From positions 10,935,950 to 10,999,949 of the forward strand of contig NC_134026.1 of NCBI RefSeq assembly GCF_964204645.1: 64,000 bases of DNA, read 5' to 3'. The DNA is from Tubulanus polymorphus (lineage: Eukaryota; Animalia; Nemertea). The translations under genes were made by a program, and so were the position numbers. The notes beneath the pieces were generated by a model. It searched no databases. It was not told the DNA's origin and saw only the letters and a list, made by a program, of their open reading frames with translations. Positions 34,846 to 48,680 of the stretch are shown here, piece after piece (the first letter of the stretch is position 1; every line of letters starts with the position of its first letter).

Positions 34846-35188
34846 CCGACCTGTTTTACTCGTCGACAATTCCGACGATTTAGAATTGCCCACCTATTAT
34901 ACTCGTCGATAATTCCGACGATTTAGAATTGCCCACCTATTTTACTCGTCGACAATTCCGACGATTTAGAATTGCCAACCTATATTACTCGTAGACAATT
35001 CCGACGATTTAGAATTGCCGACCTATTTTACTCGTCGACAATTCCGACGATTTAGAATTGCCGACCTATTTTACTCGTCGACAATTCCGACGATTTAGAA
35101 TTGCCGACCTATTTTACTCGTCGACAATTCCGACGATTTAGAATTGCCGACCTATTTTACTCGTCGACAATTCCGACGATTTTAAATT
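34846..35188 (+). repeat. 43-bp tandem array (about 8 units); inverted array of about 6 units at 36049-36310
   Basis: Unit GCCGACCTATTTTACTCGTCGACAATTCCGACGATTTAGAATT; mirrored in copy B (about 36913-37173 and 38034-38376). Confidence 0.95.
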
Positions 35189-35270
35189 GGCACACGGTCC
35201 TTCATCCCAGCCATTTTATATCAGGGTAATCCACACAAACACCCAGCCCCTCGATCCATTGATATCTTGT

Positions 35271-35980
35271 TTGCGTGGATTACCCTTGAATAAAGTGGCT
35301 GGGATCGAGGGGCTGGGTGTGTGCGTGGATTACCCTGATATAATGTGGCGCGGATCGAGGGGCTGCGTGTGTGCGTGGATTACCCTGATATAATGTGGCT
35401 GGGATCGAGGGGCTGCGTGTGTGCGTGGATTACCCTGATATAATGTGGCTGGGATCGAGGGGCTGCGTGTGTGCGTGGATTACCCTGATATAATGTGGCT
35501 GGGATCGAGGGGCTGTGTGTGTGCGTGGATTACCCTGATATAATGTGGCTGGGATCGAGGGCTGTGTGTTTGCGTGGATTACCCTTAAATAAAGTGGCTG
35601 GGATCGAGGGGCTGCGTGTTTGCGTGGATTACCCTTGAATAAGGTGGCTGGGATTGAGGGGCTGTGTTTTTGCGTGGATTACCCCTGATATAAAGTGGCT
35701 GGGATCGAGGGGCTGTGTGTGTGCGTGGATTACCCTGATATAAAGTGGCTGGGATCGAGGGGCTGTGTGTGTGCGCGGATTACCCTGATATAAAGTGGCT
35801 GGGATCGAGGGGTTGTGTGTTTGCGTGGATTACCCTTGAATAAGGTGGCTGGGATCGAGGGGCTGTGTGTTTGCGTGGATTACCCTTGAATAAGGTGGCT
35901 GGGATCGAGGGGCTGGGTGTTTGTGTGGATTACCCTGATTTAAAATGACTGGGATGAAGGACCGTGTGTAGATTACCCTT
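35271..35980 (+). repeat. 50-bp tandem array (about 14 units)
   Basis: Unit GTGGCTGGGATCGAGGGGCTGTGTGTGTGCGTGGATTACCCTGATATAAT; one inverted unit at about 35191-35256; mirrored at about 37243-37950. Confidence 0.95.
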
Positions 35981-36836
35981 TATAGATACAAACTGCAATC
36001 GGCATCAAGTGGCCGTGTCGTTGCTTGAAAATTTATCTTCCCTTCAACAATTCTAAATCGTCGGAATTGTCTACGAGTAAAATAGGTCGGCAATTTAAAA
36101 TCGTCGGAATTGTCGACGAGTAAAATAGGTCGGCAATTCTAAATCGTCGGAATTGTCTACGAGTAAAATAGGTCGGCAATTCTAAATCGTCGGAATTGTC
36201 GACGAGTAAAATAGGTCGGCAATTCTAAATCGTCGGAATTGTCGACGAGTAAAATAGGTCGGCAATTCTAAATCGTCGGAATTGTCGACGAGTAAAATAG
36301 GTCGGCAATTAGAAACCGAACCACTCACTTCATTAAAGAAAATCCTCCACGATGGAACTATATTGACTATATTGACCTATTCTGGAGTTGGGAGTTAAAC
36401 GCTCAACACCTGATAATTTTGTATTTAGTTAAATTGGTCAATATCCGATATATATATCCAGCAAAGAATGTTAATTGTGAAATACTGGCTTAATATACCG
36501 GTACTTAAAACGAAACCCGAGAAACTAACTAAGCTGAAGTACAATCAAATGTTAGATGATATCATACGCGATCACCGTGTAATTAATTGGGCTTCTTCGG
36601 TTAGAGATCTATTGAATGGCCTAGGATATGGCCAATTCTGGTTAGACCAGCAAGTTGACAATGAAAAGTGGTTTCTGCACTCAATCGAGGTTAGAATGCT
36701 TGATCAGTTCAAACAGCAATGGCATACTTTTCTTTTTAGAAAACTCATCTAAGGCCAAATACCTTCGTGAATTTAAGAAGGGAGTAATCTATGAATCATA
36801 TCTAGATTTACCTAAGGAGGTACGCACAAGGATTGC

Positions 36837-38453
36837 GGTTCAACTCCAGAATAGGTCAATATAGTTCCATCGTGGAGGATTTTCTTTAATGAAGTGAGTG
36901 GTTCGGTTTCTAATTGCCGACCTATTTTACTCGTCGACAATTCCGACGATTTAGAATTGCCGACCTATTTTACTCGTCGACAATTCCGACGATTTAGAAT
37001 TGCCGACCTATTTTACTCGTCGACAATTCCGACGATTTAGAATTGCCGACCTATTTTACTCGTAGACAATTCCGACGATTTAGAATTGCCGACCTATTTT
37101 ACTCGTCGACAATTCCGACGATTTTAAATTGCCGACCTATTTTACTCGTAGACAATTCCGACGATTTAGAATTGTTGAAGGGAAGATAAATTTTCAAGCA
37201 ACGACACGGCCACTTGATGCCGATTGCAGTTTGTATCTATAAAGGGTAATCTACACACGGTCCTTCATCCCAGTCATTTTAAATCAGGGTAATCCACACA
37301 AACACCCAGCCCCTCGATCCCAGCCACCTTATTCAAGGGTAATCCACGCAAACACACAGCCCCTCGATCCCAGCCACCTTATTCAAGGGTAATCCACGCA
37401 AACACACAACCCCTCGATCCCAGCCACTTTATATCAGGGTAATCCGCGCACACACACAGCCCCTCGATCCCAGCCACTTTATATCAGGGTAATCCACGCA
37501 CACACACAGCCCCTCGATCCCAGCCACTTTATATCAGGGGTAATCCACGCAAAAACACAGCCCCTCAATCCCAGCCACCTTATTCAAGGGTAATCCACGC
37601 AAACACGCAGCCCCTCGATCCCAGCCACTTTATTTAAGGGTAATCCACGCAAACACACAGCCCTCGATCCCAGCCACATTATATCAGGGTAATCCACGCA
37701 CACACACAGCCCCTCGATCCCAGCCACATTATATCAGGGTAATCCACGCACACACGCAGCCCCTCGATCCCAGCCACATTATATCAGGGTAATCCACGCA
37801 CACACGCAGCCCCTCGATCCCAGCCACATTATATCAGGGTAATCCACGCACACACGCAGCCCCTCGATCCGCGCCACATTATATCAGGGTAATCCACGCA
37901 CACACCCAGCCCCTCGATCCCAGCCACTTTATTCAAGGGTAATCCACGCAAACAAGATATCAATGGATCGAGGGGCTGGGTGTTTGTGTGGATTACCCTG
38001 ATATAAAATGGCTGGGATGAAGGACCGTGTGCCAATTTAAAATCGTCGGAATTGTCGACGAGTAAAATAGGTCGGCAATTCTAAATCGTCGGAATTGTCG
38101 ACGAGTAAAATAGGTCGGCAATTCTAAATCGTCGGAATTGTCGACGAGTAAAATAGGTCGGCAATTCTAAATCGTCGGAATTGTCGACGAGTAAAATAGG
38201 TCGGCAATTCTAAATCGTCGGAATTGTCTACGAGTAATATAGGTTGGCAATTCTAAATCGTCGGAATTGTCGACGAGTAAAATAGGTGGGCAATTCTAAA
38301 TCGTCGGAATTATCGACGAGTATAATAGGTGGGCAATTCTAAATCGTCGGAATTGTCGACGAGTAAAACAGGTCGGCTACCTGGCTCGCGGAAGAATACG
38401 TGCTATGTACTCAGCCTGGGCAGATCTACTTTTACCTGTTCTGGAGTTGAGCC
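36837..38453 (-). mobile_element. Non-autonomous TIR transposon (Merlin-like), copy B; complete, 1,617 bp
   Basis: 19-bp TIRs GG(T/C)TCAACTCCAGAA(T/C)AGG; 8-bp TSD AGGATTGC at 36829-36836 and 38454-38461. GG...CC ends with an 8-bp TSD fit Merlin; the superfamily is inferred. Confidence 0.88.
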
Positions 38454-38924
38454 AGGATTGCAAGGTTTAGATGTTCTAGTTATGATCTTTTAGTCGAAAC
38501 TGGACGCTGGGCCAGACCTAAGATACCTTATAATAATCGTATTTGCGGATGTTGTAATCTGAATGAAATTGAGGACGAGTGCCATTTTGCTTTTATATAT
38601 CCTGTATACTCTGGCTTAAGACTAAGTTATATATCGAGAACCTACTGGACAAATCCGTACAAAAAAAATTCATCCACTTAATTTCACTAGTAAACTATAC
38701 AAACTTTCCACTTTTCTTAGGAAAGCCTTTAATATCCGTCTTCAACTATTAAATGGGTAATCTGAATATGTACAGTGTGACCACATATTATGCCATGTAT
38801 GTATGTCATAAATCTATGCGCAAAGGCTTTTAATTACCTTTGGTATATTATGTATTTAATGTATTTATATACTTGAATTATCGTCATGTATCCGCCATAC
38901 AGTATTAAGTAATAAAGAAGTTTG

Positions 38925-39280
38925 TTTCTATGCGCCATTTTGTGGCGGTCCCTCGAAATCCCATTTGTTGCGATGAATTGCGCTCATTTTTAAAACATAA
39001 GTTTAGATTGAATATCATATAGTTCTGCAGCCCCTTGCTCGATGAACTTAAGATATACAGCATTTTAAAGGAAATGAATTGCAGGTATTTGCTGGCGATT
39101 CTTGGAATTTTTGAACGCAACAATTGAGAACAGTGACGATGTGAAATCAAGGACTGCAAATAACCCTCTTTAACCTCTGTGAAAATTGGAAATATAGCTT
39201 TAAGAGATAGCCTACTTAGATATTTTAAAATTAATAAATATTGCGATTTCTTTTCCGTGCGGTTAAGATATGCGGTCCTC
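38925..39280 (+). repeat. Interspersed repeat; diverged second copy at about 45405-45770
   Basis: Shared GCGCCATTTTGTGGCGGTCCCTCGA...GAACGCAACAATTGAGAACAGTGACGATGTGAAA at both loci. Confidence 0.8.
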
Positions 39281-39815
39281 GGTTTCACATCGGCACTGTT
39301 CTCAGAAACCACGGGTGATTTTCAAACGTAGAACTTCCTACTTATTAGTATCGAGATGGAATAACCGAAAACGAATAATCATAACCCGAATTTGTTTCTT
39401 CGACTGCGTTCGCGCTTTGGCGATACGACTTATCATCATATAGTTTTTCAATTTACAACATTTAACATTTCGCAGTGTCAAATTTCAGAACGCTTCCGAC
39501 GCGACGCAGATTTGCCGGACACGACTAATTTCGGAAGACGGCCCAGTTAACCGCAACGGTAAAAAACAAATTAGGGAACTCTTGAAAGGACTCGAATGCA
39601 TCTTGGACATTCATCCCAGCGGAGTGTAGCAGCAAACCTGTACAGCGGATTTAACCCCTTTCCCTTCCACGTGATATTGAAAAGCCTTACGTCACCTCAG
39701 CGCCTTGCACGTAAAATCGCCTTTGCAATATAACTGTTGGATCGGTGCGACGTCCATCTTTCCAGATTTCAGTTCAATTGGTAATACAGATAATAAACAT
39801 TCTAATACCTCGTCG

Positions 39816-41582
39816 CAATAAACCATTTTACAGTTGCTAGCCGCCATTTTGTTAGGGTACTTTTGTCCTGTATTGTTGGGTCATTTTTTTCTCTTTTTTA
39901 ATAACTATCCGTGATGCGTGTTATATCATATTTCATCTGTCCCTGGATGGATTTTGACAGTTTCAGCAACATTCAAACCGTGTGAATCTCTAGATTTCAG
40001 TTATGTAAAAATCATTTCTAATATTTGCAACAATGCGACATGGGAGCGATATATAAATCGGTGGTCAGTTTTTGCCGTGCGCATAAAAATCCAGGGTACT
40101 GAACTTTGAAGTTCGTTATTTTCAGAAATAAGTTTCCAAAAAATCCAAACATTTCAAGAACTGTGCGCATAAACGTCCCCTTTCAGGTGAACTTTAAAAT
40201 TTTCAGATATCTTGCCAAGTTTTTATCCTATGGCTCTTTAACTGCAGCGCGTGTATTGTCATTCCGAGATTCGGCGCCATTTTCTTTGCGTGTATTTCAG
40301 TATATGAGTGTTATTTTTTCACTTTCACTACACTTGTCTCCACGGAAAATGGTTTTAATTGTTGGTATGTGTATCATTTTTTAAATATTACGGCATTAAT
40401 ACTGTATTCCGTTCTCCGGCGCTAGTTCGTAATGGCTGTAATGGTAACCGCTTTTACGGCAGGCAGAGGCTTACGTACATGCACCCAAGAAAACCCAAAT
40501 TATCACTCATTTGTTGTAAATGCAATCCACACACTACTTGCGTTTTTGTGATGGTAGATGTCACTTTTTACTTTTTATCAACTGTGTCTGACATTCAGAC
40601 TTGAAACTTGATATATCACCACCAAAACAAGAAAACGTTTTCTTATATTTTCTTCCCGATCTAATCGATCTTTTGTGTACTTAATAGAAAGTATTCATAG
40701 AAAGTAGCTGAATATTTCCCCCACCCCATATGTACAGCTTTTTGACCACTTCTCCATCCATCTAATTTCAGTAGATAGTGTAAATTGATTAATGGACTAC
40801 TGATTTAAATGGTCATCATACTCGATTTTGAGTGTTATATTTCTTTACTTCTACCATCTCAATATATGCCTATTCTCTTCCCGCGCGCAACTTCGAATGG
40901 GCACGTGATCAAAATACCGCTCAGTCTCTGTTGCTGAAACTGGTCAGAAAAATCCTTCAAACCCCAACCTCTCTAATGTCTTCGATCTATTATATTGTAT
41001 AACTAACGTAATATTAACACCTGATACACATACCAACAATTAAAACCATTTTCCGTGGAGACAAGTGTAGTGAAAGTGAAAAAATAACACTCATATACTG
41101 AAATACACGCAAAGAAAATGGCGCCGAATCTCGGAATGACAATACACGCGCTGCAGTTAAAGAGCCATAGGATAAAAACTTGGCAAGATATCTGAAAATT
41201 TTAAAGTTCACCTGAAAGGGGACGTTTATGCGCACAGTTCTTGAAATGTTTGGAATTTTTGGAAACTTATTTCTGAAAATAACGAACTTCAAAGTTCAGT
41301 ACCCTTGATTTTTATGCGCACGGCAAAAACTGACCACCGATTTATATATCGCTCCCATGTCGCATTGTTGCAAATATTAGAAATGATTTTTACATAACTG
41401 AGAACTAGAGATTCACACGGTTTGAATGTTGCTGAAACTGTCAAAATCCACCCAGGGACAGATGAAATATGATATAACACGCATCACGGATAGTTATTAA
41501 AAAAGAGAAAAAAATGACCCAACAATACAGGACAAAAGTACCCTAACAAAATGGCGGCTAGCAACTGTAAAATGGTTTATTG
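39816..41582. repeat. Long inverted repeat: 561-bp arms (39816-40376 and 41022-41582) with a 645-bp spacer
   Basis: Arms are near-identical reverse complements, as the mirrored ORF calls 39918/41480 and 40106/41292 show; no TSD found. Confidence 0.9.
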
Positions 41583-43152
41583 TGGTGTCATGGTTGGGCC
41601 AAATTCATCGATACAGGTCTTTGATACAATGTAGTATAGATTTCAACCTTATTTTCATGAAAATTAAATGAACATGTATTTAATTCTTTTGATAATGTAA
41701 ATTCTAAATCTAAATTGTTGCGAAAATCTAAATGCATCTGGATTAGAGAATTGAATTAAGATCGCGAAGGTTTTTCATTACTTGCTAGGGAGGCTGCTTT
41801 GATATTGCTTGCTGTCATATTATGACCGACCCACTGCAGGAAGCATGATTTTGTTGCTGACACATCTTTTGTCTGCTCCTCCATTGCTTTTATATGGAAG
41901 GGAGGCGCGAATTTATGTTGAAACATACTCTTTTGGTTTACGAAATTTGATTAATTAGGTTGCAGTTCAATAGATTAATGCCGAAAAAGAATAGGTCAAG
42001 ATTACTGAAATAATTCCAGGCTTCAAGTTACCTGAAAAATCGTTTTTTTTACATTTTATTTGTGACAGAATATCTTCAGCTTGCGAAATAGATTTCACCA
42101 GCTCGAGCACTAAACGACAAAAATGCAATGGGGTCAATGCCAAATCCGTTTCTTCCAGCGTGAAATATTTCACTCGCGTTAGTTGACTACAACAATCTCT
42201 AACAGGAACTTCATGGTGCGTCAGGAACCAAGCCGGTCGTCTTATAATTATCAGTGTTAAGAAATTACTGCGAGGAGCTTATCCCGAAAGCGGTCGCAGG
42301 AACAAAATTCCTAAACCACTGCACGCACCATTCAACCAAGGGCATTGGGGTAAGACACTGGATCTGCTGATTCGAGAAGCTGAAGGTTTTCTGTTACAAA
42401 TGGAAACAACCGAAAGCTGCATATATGGTCATCGGTGGCATACAAAGCAGCATGTATCACGTTTCTATTCTATCACAGTGTGCGTCATGCCGATATGATT
42501 TTCGTGCCGTTGTTTGTGCTAGGCAAACTCTAAGGGGTGTACTGACGTGCGATTGAGTCAATGGAAATACCGAACAATCCAATTTCAAAATCAATTCCGT
42601 GTCTCACGTTACAAAATGAAATGCGACAGAATAATTAGCGTCTTCACAGGGAATCCGCAGCAACACACAGTCATTCTGCCGAATGAACATCGTTTCACAT
42701 TTTCCGATTGAAGTACTCAAAACATTCTGATCCGTGTAATTTCATTTTTTGAAGACGAGAACATTATACCCTGATTTACAAATCACCAGCATCACATGGT
42801 ACAGCAACGCCAGTAATTACGTTTCAGGGATTATCCCTTCCGTCAAACAAACGATTGCACGTCAAGTGAAAGTGATATATTCCCCCGAGTGAGATAAAGC
42901 TTTTTATGCTACATTGACATTTAACCGTGAACATCGTGGACAGTCTTGGCATATATGGTTACATTGTAAAATGTAAAACGGCGCGGGTGTTTATATCGGG
43001 ACATTATATCCAAGCATTCTGCAGACATTATCATATATATTGGTATATTGTATACCGAAACACAGGCAAAAATAATAAACCACCTTAACTTGAAATTGCG
43101 CTTCTTTTTACTCATTTTACAAGAATAGGCGTATGATACGTATATACCTCAG

Positions 43153-43255
43153 GACCCAGTTCCACAGTCGTGAGTTAAGATTTGACTCTGAAACATTGAA
43201 AATGAACTAATCTTAACTCAGAGTTAACTCTAATTCACAACTGTGAAACTGGGCC
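43153..43255. mobile_element. Short MITE (PIF/Harbinger-like); related copy at about 56137-56230
   Basis: TIR GACCCAGTTCCACAGT / ACTGTGAAACTGGGCC flanked by a CAG duplication. Confidence 0.65.
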
Positions 43256-43790
43256 CAGGTAATTATACAATTGCTGAGAAACAATCCATTAAAAACCATT
43301 ATTTTGTATCGTGTCGTTTTGTGTACCGAACGACGATATTATACCAATCTCCGGGAGCCAACTCCATATTCCAAACGTATGTACACCATATCCTGATCCT
43401 GAAACACTGGTCTTACTTTAAAGACTGGTGTTAGGAACCAGCCGCTTTAACTGGCTGGTCCAATCCACCTAGTCCATGGAATCACCCTATGCATAACGTA
43501 TAAGCATTTTGACGGAAGATGCATATATCTAGGCCCTGGAAACGGAAGCTTTAATAAATTACAATTTCAGACACGAGTAGACATGCGCGATTTGTTGTGT
43601 GTACATACGTATATATAGAGAGCAGGGGCCGGCGGCAAAAACAAATAGACTTTACCATCGATCAGATAAAAGACAATATTAATGAAAAATTGAATGTATA
43701 TATCATTGCTTTCGTTGTGCGTTGATTACGAAGAATGTGATTATGATAACTTCTTCTGGGCAAACCATGCAGAAATCAGTACATTCAATA

Positions 43791-43838
<48 letters not shown>

Positions 43839-43840
43839 CG
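43791..43840 (+). repeat. (GCAC)n microsatellite
   Basis: About 12 perfect units. Confidence 0.95.
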
Positions 43841-46800
43841 GACACTTAATTAATAACCAAATCGTATTCAACTGGTAAAATGGGTCAATAAAAACTCTTA
43901 TTGCCGATTTTGATCTAAAAATAGGAATTATCTCCCTATTCATTTGATTAATTAGTATAGAATAGTTTTGGATTGATTTGCTTTGATTTTGTGTCCCTTA
44001 CAAACCCACAACAGCTACCGGAAACAAAACAGGGGGTTTGATTTCGATATCGGAAATCGAAAAACAGTACAGACATAGTTGAGTGATCTACAGCCGAGCT
44101 AAATGGGTGGTGGGGGTTAATGTCTGCACGCTATGATTCTTGAGATTTTTAGATTAGAATAACATGATTTACTGAGCTTTTCACCAGATTGCCCCCAAAC
44201 AAATAGCCGCACGATTATCATTTTAATGTTGGTTTACAAGAGATACTGTGCATACAGTTCGAATTTTATAGGAATATTTTATGGGAATATCCGAATCTCC
44301 TTCCGAGAGGGTTTTTCAACTTGCCTTTTCATTTGCATTGAGTTTCTCAAGGGCCGAGTGTAGGCCTATATCTTATCATACGATTAGGTTTAGAGTAGCA
44401 ATTTCCTGTGAGAGGAGTTCCAATGATGAAATCCAGTCCAGGAGTCCAGGAGTTCTGCCACAATATTATTGCCCATGCCTAAACGTAGAATCAGGGCAGA
44501 GATTTGATTTAATGATACAGCCATTTCTTAGGTGGAATGCGCTTCAGGAAGTCTACAGCAAGAACTTAACAGATTTCCCATTGCAGCATTTTCTCCGTGG
44601 ATTTTAGGCCTATTCGTATTTAGATATGTAAGAGGGACACAAGCTTAATCCACGTCTCGAAGGAAATGTCAGTAAATCTTCTTCGTCGCATATCTCGAAG
44701 CCATGGCCTTACGAGGTTGACTGCAAGAGCTCATCAGTCTTGTTTTGTATGTATCTTGTGAGCGCTGCTGGCAAGAGAAATCCATCAAATTAGGCCCTTT
44801 TTGTTAAATCGATCGTGCAAGCTGAAACTGTCGTCGACCACGCTCCACAGCGAAACAGATTTTATTTATGAAATACTGGTAACGGATATGCCAGATATGA
44901 TCATTGATTGATTGACTGACGAGATGAATCTTTCCAATTTCAACCTAAAATTCTACGATTGCAATTACGCAGCACAAGAATTTATATCTTTGTTTCCGTT
45001 TCTTGTTCGAATGTGTCCATGTACAGCGGAGCCCTGGAGCAAAATAAAGCAATAAAAGGAAGAGATGCATCGTCAAAAAACACCCACATATATATATCTT
45101 ATTGCATATTTGAAGTGATATAACTACTTCTGCTGGAACTATTTAATGCTATAATGAACTTGAGCCGTCACTATTTTTGATACTCGGGACAGTATTTAGT
45201 AGGCCTATCGAAAATACATTAAAATATGAAACTCAAAGAAATTTTCTCGATTTAGAAAAATGTTTACTTACTATTTAGATTGCATCAATATCTGATAGCT
45301 ATGCATGTCTTCTCGTGATGTATTTCTTTTCACCGATAGGCTAACTATAGACTTTATGATAGGCCCACTATAGAATAATCTCGGTCCAATTATTAATTGT
45401 CACGTTAATAACGAAGATTTTCCAGATTCTAGGCGCCATTTTGTGGCGGTCCCTCGAGGTCCCCATTGTTGCGATAATTTGCGCTCATTTTTTAAACATA
45501 AGTTTAGGTTAAATGTCATATAGCTCTGCAGTCCCTGGCTCGATGAACTTAATTTATACACAATTTTAAAGGAAATGAAATGCAGAAAATTGTTGGTGAT
45601 TCTTGGATTTTTCGAACGCAACAATTGAGAACAGTGACGATGTGAAACCAAGGACCGCATATCCTAACCGTGCGTTAATGAAATCGCGATATTTATCAAT
45701 TTTGAAATATCTAAGTATCTCTAAAAGCTATATTTCCAATTTTTACCGAGGCTAAATAGGGTTATTTGCAATTTGGGCCTGCGTTGGAATTTTTTGAATA
45801 TCTTTCCTGACGACTGATCTGTAACATGAATGAATTTGAGATTACGCGCCAAAGGGGTCTTACACAATGCACCACCATTTCACTGAACATTGAGATTTGC
45901 GACAATTATATGGTAATAATTTAAGTTGACCGTAATGAAAACTGTTTTTTGAAGGGTGCATCGTAATAAATAGTGGGTGATCAGTGACGGTTAGAGAGAA
46001 ATGCGACGGTAACGTAAATATACAATTACCATAAAACTAATGTCGTCCGTTGATAAAGTACATGCGTGTTGTGAAGTGGATGTGCAATGCTCAAGGCCAC
46101 CGTGGGGACTAGGAAGTGAGATAAAACCGACATAGCGATATTAGGTTTTTCTGCTTATTTGCACAAAACCCAATTGTAATTCTCCTAATCATAAATATAC
46201 TTCTCACACTATACTTTCGTACTTGAAATATATGTCCTATCAAATTCGACTAATCGCAGCTTCTCAGCGTATTACATGAATGCTGACAAAATGTATAACA
46301 GTCTCCGGGAACGCGTAGATCTTCTAAACGAATGGCCGTTCTTATTTTAACTCGCAAAAATTCCCGTCTTCTTATTCTACCTGGCGAAAACATAGGTGCT
46401 ATGATTACCGAGAACAAATAATTTTCATAAAATACGTTATCGTGCCAATTCGACTAATGATAACTAGCAAACATTATTCTAAATGCTGATAGAAATATAC
46501 GTACCAATCTGCCATAAATGCGTCACGTCCTTAAAAAAACACGCTACAATTCTGACATAGGTCATATAGATGCCGATCATTCAAACGCGCTAGGCGCGTA
46601 GCCTATATCGTCCCTCATCGTTCAATTCAATTCGATTCATAATTCATTGATTTTGTTGATTTAGTGCTTATTGTTATCGCTGATGTACAATTTAAAAATA
46701 TTCAAATACATTTGATATATTTAATAAAACAATCTCTTTCCTAGATCGAATAAAACACGAATATCATATAATTCATCTTATCTCAAAATAAATGTCGGGT

Positions 46801-48410
46801 CAATTCCTATTCTATCAATTCTTATTCTGATTACGTAAGTGCGGTTTCAAAGCTGAATCATATGATACGTGGATATAGTGGTGCCACATCAGGTTCGAAT
46901 GCCGATACTGCAACATTTAGTGTTTTTATCACTTCATTTTGAATAGCTTGGCGTGACTGCGCAGAAAACCCGATATTGCTGCTCTGCAGCTATATTTTGT
47001 TTTTTATTTCTAATCAGTAGTTTATAGATATCAATAGCCTTTTTGCGACCTAATAGAACGGCCCTTTTGGAAAGCTGCCTATGGGCTTGTATGCAAATGA
47101 TTTGTATTCGCAAAAGGACGTGGCAGTACAGTCAATGGGCTCATTATAAAATATCCCGTTTTTGGAGTTCCCTATGACAACGAATTACGTCTGAATCAAT
47201 AAGATATACGATTGAATCTTTTCCCAACTACTTGAGATTATTTGGATTATCTTTTTTTTCTCATCCGTACGATAAAATATGATATTTTTGATATTGAATA
47301 TTTCCTTTGGATAAGATATTACGTTATTAAGTTGATAAATACTCTGCAAACCACCCACACTTGATAATCATCAAATCCAATTGCCATATCATGTCGATCG
47401 GTCCATGAATTACTGGGTTACACCAAGCGTTACCACAGCCTCCCTGGAGATTCTCATGCCAGTTGAAGAAAAGATACACTTACTAACGGTGATGGAAAAT
47501 CATGGTTCCCTCTACAGCGACCTTCATCAGTTGTAAGGCACACTTAAACCTTAAACTGTGCACTTGTCTTCATAATGTAACAACCTATTTCGTTAACATT
47601 TAGATTGGCTTGGTTTCAAATTTGAGTAATAAAGATGATTACTCCAAGGTTCGACCACCGATTGCCCGAGATATTTCTCCTGTTGAAGCTACATACAATA
47701 TCAAAAGTTATGATTAGGCACTCCCTTAATTGTCGCGATGTCCACCTTCCAAACAATCCCCGTGCAAAAAGGGTGAAGCCTAACGCAGAGACACTAAAGC
47801 CACCGTGTTTACTTTACGTTATTATTCCATTCATCAATTAGATGCTTCGTTTACATAAATATGCCTGGCTACGGGATGAGCTATGTTTTCCTTTTCCTAC
47901 CGAAGCAGTGCATGGAATAACAAGCTATCATTAGATAAACTCCCTTGGGATTTGGTATATCATCATGGATTGTTGCGATAACCTTTTTCAAAATATATCG
48001 GATACATTTACATGTCTGATATGCCTGTGGAAGTGTAAATAATTCAGTGCGCTTCGATCAGCATTTGATTAAAGAATATATCCCTTTGAGACATCACCGG
48101 CTCTGGTATGAATCATGAATTGTATCAAAATGCTAAATGTGCTTGTTCCAACCCCCAGTTAGTTAGTATTAGGCAGTAAACAGTCCAGGCCAGTAACCTA
48201 AATATAAAAGTGTGCGCTGTAGATGATTTAATTGTGATAAACTGATTCACGCCTTTTTGTAGTTCAGAGCATTGTTCTCAGGCAGGTAACAAAATCTCGA
48301 TCGTTGATGATTATTATCAAAAACTTATCTTATGTAATTTTCTAATATCAACCACGACTGGATATCCAAACAATCCGCTGTACCTGCACGCGACAAATTC
48401 TACGTTGGCA

Positions 48411-48680
48411 TTGCTTACTGATGGCACGGCCTCTTTTGCTGCTATATCTTACACAGTACGTGAATTGCAAAAAAATCTGTCATCTATTTTCAAAGCATGC
48501 ATTGGTTTTTCTTACTGGCAATACAGTCTCTATTTGCTGCTCTTGCACAGCACGTGGATTGAGCAAAATCAGTTATTTTCAAATCCTGCAATGGATTTGC
48601 TTACTGGCGGTGCGGTCTCTTCGTTGCTATATCTTACACAGCACGTGAAATGAGCATAAATCAGTAATCTATTTTTCGGC
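48411..48680 (+). repeat. Degenerate tandem repeat, about three units of roughly 90 bp
   Basis: Recurring CTTACTG...TGCT...CTT(A/G)CACAG(T/C)ACGTG...AAATC...TATTTT blocks. Confidence 0.6.

Larger units (their letters stand above)
34769..36390 (+). mobile_element. Non-autonomous TIR transposon (Merlin-like), copy A; right end clipped
   Basis: Starts GGCTCAACTCCAGAACAGG and ends CCTATTCTGGAGTTG, lacking the terminal AACC and the TSD; near-exact reverse complement of 36837-38453. Confidence 0.85.
34589..38760 (+). pseudogene. LINE ORF2 C-terminal fragment interrupted by two TIR elements
   Basis: Collinear pieces: 34589-34768 (LVVPVLTYGCQIWGF...KFYKYL), 36391-36836 (GVKRSTP...IVKYWL...WASSVRDLL...), 38454-38760 (RIARFRCSSYDLLVETGRW...RICGCC...EDECHF). 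Confidence 0.85.

Noticed and set aside
34846-38376. 43-bp and 50-bp arrays as a CRISPR locus
   Set aside because: Units are head-to-tail with no unique spacers, no cas genes are present, the context is eukaryotic, and the arrays lie within TIR/TSD-bounded elements.
35187-41480. Duplicated short ORFs (68, 63 and 92 aa pairs)
   Set aside because: By-products of the inverted repeats; no coding signature.
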